A stretch of DNA of 64,000 bases from a virus. Lineage: Duplodnaviria; Caudoviricetes. Position 1 is the first letter of the stretch. Each line of letters opens with the position of its first letter. Positions 58,005-64,000 of the stretch are shown here, one piece after another. The position numbers were made by a program, and so were the translations under genes. The notes below the pieces were generated by a model. That model was not told the DNA's origin and did no database searches. It saw nothing but the letters and a program-made list of their open reading frames with translations. The DNA lies in IMG/VR virus record IMGVR_UViG_3300032092_000001, one strand, 5' to 3'.

Positions 58005-58832
58005 ATGAAAGACACAAAAACTTATGACGAGTTAGTTCAAAAAATGAGAACATTCTTCCAAGAAAAAGGATTTAAAGAAGTTCCAACACAATCAAGATTG
58101 TCAATTTTGGCAGCATGTGAGAATCCTCACTCAATAACAACATTCAATTATCAAGGAGAAGTTTGGCCGTTACCACAGACAGGTCAAATGTGGTTAGAAT
58201 ACGAACTTCTTAAAAATCCTGAATGGAATGGTGTATATTGTATCTCAACATCATATAGACAAGAGAAGGACCCAATTCCTGGAAGACATGAATTAATTTT
58301 CCCTATGTTTGAATTTGAATCAAAAGGAGGAATGAAAGAAATGATAAAACTTGAATCTGAACTTTTGGATTACTTAGGGTTTGATAAACCAATTGAGGTT
58401 AACTACGATGATGTTTGTGAAGAATATGGTGGAGTCCCAATTTTAGAAAACGAACATGAAACAAGAATGTGGGAAGAGAAAGGTCCTGTTGTTTCTCTTC
58501 AGAATTTCCCATACAGAACCAATCCATTTTGGAATATGCGAGAAAGTGAAAATAGAATATTCAATAAAGTTGATGTGATTCTCTACGGACAAGAAACAAT
58601 TGGTTCGGCAGAAAGAAGTTCTAATGTAGAAGAAATGAGAAATAACTTCTACACTATTGAAAACGGTGGATATTCTGCCAAACTATTTGAACTATTCGGT
58701 AAAGAAAGAGTTGAGAAAGAATTAGAAGAATTCCTATCGTTTGATTTCTTCCCTCGTTTTGGTGGAGGAATCGGAATGACAAGACTCGCAAGAGCTTATC
58801 AGTTAATGATGGAAGAAGTAGAAACTGTATAA
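58005..58832 (+). CDS. Class II aaRS (Asp/Asn/Lys) catalytic-domain-only paralog, probable asparagine synthetase A-like
   Basis: F.EVPT motif 1, QTGQMWLE, SYRQE...GRH..IFPMFEFE motif 2, GGGIGMTRL motif 3; 275 aa, no anticodon-binding domain. Confidence 0.75.
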   Translation: MKDTKTYDELVQKMRTFFQEKGFKEVPTQSRLSILAACENPHSITTFNYQGEVWPLPQTGQMWLEYELLKNPEWNGVYCISTSYRQEKDPIPGRHELIFPMFEFESKGGMKEMIKLESELLDYLGFDKPIEVNYDDVCEEYGGVPILENEHETRMWEEKGPVVSLQNFPYRTNPFWNMRESENRIFNKVDVILYGQETIGSAERSSNVEEMRNNFYTIENGGYSAKLFELFGKERVEKELEEFLSFDFFPRFGGGIGMTRLARAYQLMMEEVETV

Positions 58833-58836
58833 AATG

Positions 58837-58864
58837 AAAATCCCCTCTAATTTGAGGGGATTTT
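58837..58864. terminator. Bidirectional terminator
   Basis: aaaatcccctc-taattt-gaggggatttt. Confidence 0.8.
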
Positions 58865-58865
58865 T

Positions 58866-59030
58866 TTATTCTTTAATTTCCGACATTAAACGTCCCCACA
58901 ACAACATCTGAATAATACCCAAAAGAATTCCAATAGTCAAAATTGACTTATTCGGAGCATTAACAATCAAAATCATATCTACCGCCAAAGCCATCATACA
59001 AGCGGTCATTTTAAGTTTTAAGTTTTTCAT
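58866..59030 (-). CDS. Small two-TM protein (54 aa) missed by ORF track
   Basis: MKNLKLKMTACMMALAVDMILIV...ILTIGILLGIIQMLLWG; TATATTTG upstream. Confidence 0.6.
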   Translation of the reverse strand: MKNLKLKMTACMMALAVDMILIVNAPNKSILTIGILLGIIQMLLWGRLMSEIKE

Positions 59031-59072
59031 AGTTGTGTTGTGGTTTTAATTATTTCTACAAATATAGAATAA

Positions 59073-59096
59073 AAAACCCACATTTCTGTGGGTTTT
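59073..59096. terminator. Intrinsic terminator hairpin
   Basis: aaaacccaca-tttc-tgtgggtttt. Confidence 0.75.
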
Positions 59097-59115
59097 AATA
59101 TTTTTTTATAAGAAA

Positions 59116-59592
59116 TTAAAATCTTACAGGTGGTACCACAACAGTTCCTCCACCGCCACAAGGACATCCGCATTTCTTTTGCCAATATGACGGCCATTTA
59201 CATGGATTAGCACAAGTAGACGCACAATTTCCAGGTGCAATATCTTCTTTTACATCTCCATCGCGTTGTAATCTTTTTTTCTTTCTTTGTTCTCCGATTT
59301 CACCACCATTATCGTTAGATTGCATGTCTTTAATTGCTGACATCATTTCTTTCGCCTCTTTTTTCTTACCTGACTTCATTAATTCTTTAGCGTATGCTTT
59401 AAGGATGTCATACCCGGCAATACCTAATAAACCAATTGTAGTTCCAACAATTGTTAAAATTGCATCACCTGTTTCCAACGCTACCGGTAAATACTCCTGC
59501 TCATTTACTGATTTTTTTCTTTTTGTTTCAGTTACCAAATTTTTGATTAAATCTGTTAATTCAGATTCTGTTAGTCTTATTTTCTTTTTCAT
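59116..59592 (-). CDS. Hypothetical protein with leader, hydrophobic helix and Cys-rich tail
   Basis: MKKKIRLTESEL...VTE; AILTIVGTTIGLLGIAG; CASTCANPC...CGCPC. Confidence 0.7.
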   Translation of the reverse strand: MKKKIRLTESELTDLIKNLVTETKRKKSVNEQEYLPVALETGDAILTIVGTTIGLLGIAGYDILKAYAKELMKSGKKKEAKEMMSAIKDMQSNDNGGEIGEQRKKKRLQRDGDVKEDIAPGNCASTCANPCKWPSYWQKKCGCPCGGGGTVVVPPVRF

Positions 59593-59593
59593 T

Positions 59594-60520
59594 TTATATA
59601 TTATTACAACATTTAGTCTTATTTAATAAATACTTAGATAGTTCACTTTGGTATAAAAAACCTTCATTTGTTTTTCTTTTTTCCTTACTATTTTTTTGGA
59701 AATATTTAAACACCACTCTACCACAATCATATATTACATACGATTTTTCATTACTTTCAACGTCAGTCATTTCCATTTCAACAGTTAAATAATCATCTTC
59801 CTGAATATACGTAGCGTTTACAACTTTAAAAATTTTTGGTTCTTTAATTTTCCTATCTTCAAAAATATAAGTTTTACCAATTAAAAATTCTAATTCTGAC
59901 GGTACCTCTACAATCTTGTCTAATTCTAATGTTAATATTTCCTTATCTTTATTCTCTTTAAATTTATCGTCTATCACATATTGTTTGTCAGTATATCCGT
60001 CTTTAGTTATTATAATATTAAAGTCGTAGGTACTGTCAAATTTAACTTTCCCATCACTGTTAGTTTTTAAAGTCACATCCTCACCTAATTTATTTTTTGT
60101 TTGTATAACACACTCAGGTAGTGGGGACTTAGACACCGAGTCAACAATCAGTAAATCAAATTGGTTTACCCGTATTTCAAGTGTTTTCAATGACAATGAA
60201 TCTTTAAGTGTCACATTAATTTCAGTTTCGTCAATTTTAGGAGTAATTTCTTGAGGCTCCATTCCAACAAATGTTACGTTTACTGAAGGTCCAACAAAAT
60301 TGTTTAAGATTCCAATTCCATTTACATCCGTCACCGCTCCGTTTGTCCTGTCTCCAGAATCAATCACCGTAACAAATTCTAATGGTTTATTACGTTCATC
60401 AAAAACTTTAATTTTTAATGTTCTTTTTTCCTCAAATAAATATTGCTTATTTAACGCATTAATATGCATTTCTAAAATTCTATCTCTTTCTTCAGATGAA
60501 ATCTCAAATAAATTTTTCAT
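59594..60520 (-). CDS. Protein with leader and two carboxypeptidase-regulatory (SusC-N-like) domains
   Basis: KVFDERNKPLEFVTV...GAVTDVNG...VTFVGM and IVDSVSKSPLPECVI...TNSDG...KDGY. Confidence 0.65.
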   Translation of the reverse strand: MKNLFEISSEERDRILEMHINALNKQYLFEEKRTLKIKVFDERNKPLEFVTVIDSGDRTNGAVTDVNGIGILNNFVGPSVNVTFVGMEPQEITPKIDETEINVTLKDSLSLKTLEIRVNQFDLLIVDSVSKSPLPECVIQTKNKLGEDVTLKTNSDGKVKFDSTYDFNIIITKDGYTDKQYVIDDKFKENKDKEILTLELDKIVEVPSELEFLIGKTYIFEDRKIKEPKIFKVVNATYIQEDDYLTVEMEMTDVESNEKSYVIYDCGRVVFKYFQKNSKEKRKTNEGFLYQSELSKYLLNKTKCCNNI

Positions 60521-60575
60521 AATTCTATTAATAAATATAAAGCTTAGTTGATTATATTAAACTAAAGAATTAATA

Positions 60576-61007
60576 TTGGGTATGAGTACAATTAAAAATG
60601 GAGACCGTGTATCCGTTAACTACACTGGAAAATTAGAAGATGGTTCAATTTTTGATTCTTCATTACAAGAAGGACGAACACCATTAGAGGCGACTTTAGG
60701 TCAAGGTATGTTAATTCCTGGTTTTGAAAATGGATTAATTGGCATGTCTATTGGTGAATCTAAAACTGTTGAGATTGAGCCTGAAAATGCTTACGGTACC
60801 TATAATAATGATATGGTACAGGAAGTTCCATTGTCACAGGTTCCTGAAGGAGTTCAAGTCGGTGACATGTTGACCGGTCAGAGTCAGTATGGGCCAATGC
60901 AAGTAACAGTTAAAGAAGTTAGTTCTGAAACTGTTGTATTGGATATGAACCACCCACTAGCGGGAAAGAAACTAATCTTTGATTTGGAAGTAGTTTCAGT
61001 AAACTAA
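60576..61007 (+). CDS. slyD: FKBP-type peptidyl-prolyl isomerase, SlyD-like without His tail
   Basis: VSVNYTGKLEDGSIFDSS, LIPGFENGL, AYG, DMNHPLAGKKLIFDLEV. Confidence 0.9.
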   Translation: MGMSTIKNGDRVSVNYTGKLEDGSIFDSSLQEGRTPLEATLGQGMLIPGFENGLIGMSIGESKTVEIEPENAYGTYNNDMVQEVPLSQVPEGVQVGDMLTGQSQYGPMQVTVKEVSSETVVLDMNHPLAGKKLIFDLEVVSVN

Positions 61008-61008
61008 T

Positions 61009-61035
61009 AAAAAGTCCCCTAATTGGGGACTTTTT
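61009..61035. terminator. Intrinsic terminator
   Basis: aaaaagtcccc-taatt-ggggacttttt. Confidence 0.8.
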
Positions 61036-61076
61036 TTACACTAATTAGTATTTATTAACTATAGATAAAAAGTTTA

Positions 61077-61691
61077 ATGGATTATATGTCACCAGAGATA
61101 ATTGTTGCGTTTATTACAGGGGTTTTGGGTCCAGTTTCTGTAATTCTAATCAAAAGTTTTTTAGATAAAAGAAAGAAAAAACCAGATTTAGTTCATGAAA
61201 CATTAAAAGTTTCAGAATTAGTAACATCAAAGATAGAACACATTAAAGAAGAGTTCGGAGCCGACAGAGTTTGGATTACACAATTTCACAACGGAGGTAA
61301 TTTTTACCCAACAGGAAAATCAATGGCAAAATTCAGTATTATCTATGAATCAGTGAATGTTGGGGTCTCTTCAATACAAAGTAATTTCCACAATATACCT
61401 GTTAATCTTTTTAGTAAATCAATTAATCAGTTATTATTAAATGATGTAATTGAAATCCCTGATTTTAAGGATGATTCAATTTCAACATTCGGTTTAAAAT
61501 ATGTTGCCGAGGAAAACGGATGTAAATCAGGTTATCTATTCGCAATTAAATCAATTGATGAGAGATTTATTGGTACTTTAGGTTTGGATTTTACAAAACG
61601 TAAAACAAAATTAGACATGGAGTCAGTAAATCACCTACAAGTTCATGCGACTTCATTGGGTGGGGTGTTGATGAATCACTTATCTAAGTAA
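61077..61691 (+). CDS. N-terminal TM plus GAF-like domain protein, holin candidate (T4 T-like architecture)
   Basis: IIVAFITGVLGPVSVILI TM; ADRVWITQFHNG...IGTLGLDF GAF-like pattern; TATTTAT upstream. Confidence 0.5.
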   Translation: MDYMSPEIIVAFITGVLGPVSVILIKSFLDKRKKKPDLVHETLKVSELVTSKIEHIKEEFGADRVWITQFHNGGNFYPTGKSMAKFSIIYESVNVGVSSIQSNFHNIPVNLFSKSINQLLLNDVIEIPDFKDDSISTFGLKYVAEENGCKSGYLFAIKSIDERFIGTLGLDFTKRKTKLDMESVNHLQVHATSLGGVLMNHLSK

Positions 61692-61877
61692 TTAATTCAT
61701 TAGTCCTGACATTTCGTTAACAATCACACCTTGTTTCATTTGTAATTGTCTAATACGACTATTTTGAGATTCATTCATCTCCAAACTTTCACCTTTAATT
61801 GACGCTATTTGGTTAGATAATTTATCAAATTCTGATAAAAGATATTGGTATCTTTGAGCTTTTTGTTCGTAATTCAT
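61692..61877 (-). CDS. Hypothetical coiled-coil protein
   Basis: 61-aa ORF. Confidence 0.6.
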   Translation of the reverse strand: MNYEQKAQRYQYLLSEFDKLSNQIASIKGESLEMNESQNSRIRQLQMKQGVIVNEMSGLMN

Positions 61878-61912
61878 TCTAAATTATAATCATTTGTTTA
61901 TATAAATAAACA

Positions 61913-62218
61913 TTACTTTTCACATTCCGATGCGTGACTATATACCTCAAATGGAAATGGTATCATAGATTTTAAATATTCTTTAACATTATCTCTAATA
62001 TACCCTGAACGTAATGATGACCAATTATCATTCAATACCCATTCCTTGTTTAATAGGGTATACACATCAAAAATTGAATCTTCCTCGTCAATTCTATCTT
62101 CATTTAGAAACGCTCTAAAACCACAAATTCTATCATCAGATGAAAAATAACTATTAAGTTGTTCTTCCACCTTTCTGATGATTTTTTTACTTTGTTCTTG
62201 TGTGATTTTATATTTCAT
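61913..62218 (-). CDS. Hypothetical protein (MKYKITQEQ leader-like start)
   Basis: Similar layout to 62223..62525 (ICGF/ICKF, ends in C). Confidence 0.65.
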   Translation of the reverse strand: MKYKITQEQSKKIIRKVEEQLNSYFSSDDRICGFRAFLNEDRIDEEDSIFDVYTLLNKEWVLNDNWSSLRSGYIRDNVKEYLKSMIPFPFEVYSHASECEK

Positions 62219-62222
62219 TAAA

Positions 62223-62525
62223 TTAACATTTGTCAGAATAAGGTAATATTGTCAAATAAATATCATACTTATCTTGTATAAAATTTATAGAATCTTTAAT
62301 TAAAGATTTTAATTCTTCTTTACCCTCAAAACCTTTTTTACTCATTTTACTATTAACCCATTTCTTATCAATTCTAAGTTTAACAGTTGGGTTAATGTCA
62401 AAATCTTCATCAGGAATTACCTCAAATTTACAAATCTCATATCTGTTATGAAATTCTTTATTTAAATCTGAGACAATACCGATAAGTATTTTATTTTTTT
62501 GAGATTCGGTGATTACAAGTTTCAT
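62223..62525 (-). CDS. Hypothetical protein (MKLVITESQ leader-like start)
   Basis: Probable distant paralog of 61913..62218. Confidence 0.65.
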   Translation of the reverse strand: MKLVITESQKNKILIGIVSDLNKEFHNRYEICKFEVIPDEDFDINPTVKLRIDKKWVNSKMSKKGFEGKEELKSLIKDSINFIQDKYDIYLTILPYSDKC

Positions 62526-62638
62526 TTTAATTCCTTAATTTCTCTTAGTACTTTAACGTTATTTGAAATCCTTTTAAGATTTTTTGCGAAGTTACGTCTA
62601 TTACGTTTTGGTTTACCTGCTTTTTTTGCCTTTGCCAT
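62522..62638 (-). CDS. Small very basic protein (38 aa) missed by ORF track
   Basis: MAKAKKAGKPKRNRRNFAKNLKRISNNVKVLREIKELK; ATGA overlap; TATTTAT upstream. Confidence 0.65.
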   Translation of the reverse strand: MAKAKKAGKPKRNRRNFAKNLKRISNNVKVLREIKELK

Positions 62639-62670
62639 GTGAATATTTTATTATAAATATCCATTAAATA

Positions 62671-62694
62671 AAAAACCCCAATTAAGGGGTTTTT
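62671..62694. terminator. Intrinsic terminator
   Basis: aaaaacccc-aattaa-ggggttttt. Confidence 0.75.
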
Positions 62695-62696
62695 AG

Positions 62697-62897
62697 TTAG
62701 TTAATACCTTCGTTGAATTTAGTTTCAATCTCTTCACGTTCTTCATCCGTTAAATCCTCGTCGGTTTCAATTTCTTCAATCCAAGTGTTATAACCATCAC
62801 TACGAGCAACGATTGAAAATTCTCTACCGTCTTCTGTTGTTCCATCATATTTTTTTAGACAGAACATCAACATTTCATTTTCAAAATCAATATTCAT
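62697..62897 (-). CDS. Hypothetical acidic protein
   Basis: 66-aa ORF. Confidence 0.6.
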   Translation of the reverse strand: MNIDFENEMLMFCLKKYDGTTEDGREFSIVARSDGYNTWIEEIETDEDLTDEEREEIETKFNEGIN

Positions 62898-62899
62898 AA

Positions 62900-63178
62900 T
62901 TAGTCAAATCTACATTCTTGTTCTTCACCTGTAATTTTTTCTCTAACTACATCAGACTCACTACATTCTTCTCTTAAACTTTCAAGATACTCGTCATCGG
63001 TTGGCTTCATTTCATTCCAATTTTCTGAGATGTAATCTTGTATTTCTTCTTCGGTCATTCCATTAAGTTCGGGATAGTCCTCAACATTAATTTCAACCGA
63101 TTCTCTTACAACCATTGTGTTGTAATACTCTACCATTCTGACTGAAATGGTCTTTGGCGTTTCGTTTGTATTTTCCAT
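62900..63178 (-). CDS. Hypothetical acidic protein
   Basis: 92-aa ORF. Confidence 0.6.
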   Translation of the reverse strand: MENTNETPKTISVRMVEYYNTMVVRESVEINVEDYPELNGMTEEEIQDYISENWNEMKPTDDEYLESLREECSESDVVREKITGEEQECRFD

Positions 63179-63219
63179 AATAATATTTTTAATAAAAATA
63201 CATTAGGGAAATTATATTG

Positions 63220-63699
63220 TCAAACGTCTTTTATTTTTTTGGGTGAATAATAATTCCAATCATATGATTCACTATCATGATTAATAGTATCAATTACTTC
63301 TCCGTCATAAACTGAAGTAAATCCTTCATTTTCCTCAAATCTAAACTTTTCAGTTACGATACTCATATCGTATGAATAGACAATATTTTTATATACTTCT
63401 GTTTGGATAACTCTCATCTCAATTCCAACGTTTTGAGAGTATTTCGCAAGAGTTGGTCTATTTAGAGGAGTTTTAAAATCGTCTCTAATATTTAATTTAA
63501 TCAACGAATACATGTAATCCACGTCAATTGTTTCAACATTAATCCCAAGAGCACTGATATTTGACACATAATTTTCGTAATATTCTGATGACTCATCAAA
63601 CGGATTTTCCCATTCATCACCATCAAAATCTTTTAATATGTTGTCAATGATTTTAATTAATATCTTATCATTAAATCTTTCTAACTTACTTTTTTCCAT
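63220..63699 (-). CDS. Hypothetical protein
   Basis: 159-aa ORF. Confidence 0.65.
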   Translation of the reverse strand: MEKSKLERFNDKILIKIIDNILKDFDGDEWENPFDESSEYYENYVSNISALGINVETIDVDYMYSLIKLNIRDDFKTPLNRPTLAKYSQNVGIEMRVIQTEVYKNIVYSYDMSIVTEKFRFEENEGFTSVYDGEVIDTINHDSESYDWNYYSPKKIKDV

Positions 63700-63700
63700 A

Positions 63701-64000
63701 TTATATTTCGTATTTGTCAGGAATTATTCTTTCAACTTCTTCTCCTGTTGTATTAATCAATCGGTTCATATCTGACCAATTAATACCATTGATTGAAACA
63801 ACGTGTGTCATCGTATCAGAATTAAATTTCCTATCATTAAAGTACGCCCAATCACCGGCATCATCAGGTTCTAAATAATGTAGATAATTGAATAGTATTG
63901 AAATATGAGACTCATCTTTAACTTCAGGTATTATGACATCAACATAAATGTCATACGTCCCTCCAAAGTAGTCGTCATCTTTTTCAATTTCAGTTATTTG
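63701..64000 (-). CDS. Hypothetical protein, 5'-truncated by window edge
   Basis: Frame open from 64000 to TAA at 63701 (QITEIEKDDDYFGG...IIPDKYEI). Confidence 0.6.
   Translation of the reverse strand, partial: QITEIEKDDDYFGGTYDIYVDVIIPEVKDESHISILFNYLHYLEPDDAGDWAYFNDRKFNSDTMTHVVSINGINWSDMNRLINTTGEEVERIIPDKYEI

Noticed and set aside
58005-58832. Functional asparaginyl- or aspartyl-tRNA synthetase
   Set aside because: No anticodon-binding domain, and no upstream ORF supplies one
1-64000. Alternative genetic code (TAG or TGA reassignment as in some Bacteroidota megaphages)
   Set aside because: Terminase, portal, MCP, ClpC and PPK2 are full length in the standard code and coding density is high; no fragmented conserved genes seen
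1-64000. CRISPR array, transposase, integrase, rRNA
   Set aside because: No regularly spaced direct repeats or recognisable motifs found by eye

Overview
This 64-kb window is from a large, AT-rich, T4-like tailed phage genome, read in the standard genetic code with dense coding on both strands. The host is most likely in Bacteroidota: TTG/TTTG-N19-20-TAnnTTTG promoters precede the tRNA, tmRNA and several genes, start codons have A-rich contexts without Shine-Dalgarno sequences, and there is an LTSC lipoprotein and SusC-N-like domains. Layout: 1-8.2 kb glycosyl/methyltransferase cluster with phoH; a gp55-like late sigma factor; probable baseplate genes (9-14.5 kb); a minus-strand T4-like head module (terminase, portal, prohead protease, scaffold, major capsid, 17.5-27 kb); a nucleotidyltransferase, KTSC protein, N-domain-less ClpC, M20/M28/M42-type peptidase, tmRNA and tRNA-Arg (31-38.4 kb); then about 25 kb of mostly hypothetical late genes. 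Most interesting: (1) about 20 unrelated late proteins carry one of a few shared N-terminal leader types, most ending in an (I/L/V/M)-x-E prohead-protease-like site, suggesting a large capsid-packaged cargo system that includes three peptidoglycan hydrolases and two OmpA-like proteins; (2) a polyphosphate kinase 2-lysozyme fusion with such a site at the junction; (3) an Asn-containing 15-aa leader peptide plus terminator (attenuator-like) upstream of a class II aaRS catalytic-domain-only gene; (4) a tmRNA with a long non-canonical tag near an N-domain-less ClpC; (5) a late promoter motif TATTTAT, the reverse complement of the T4 core, with palindromic divergent copies. All family assignments are from motif recognition by eye; no searches were run.
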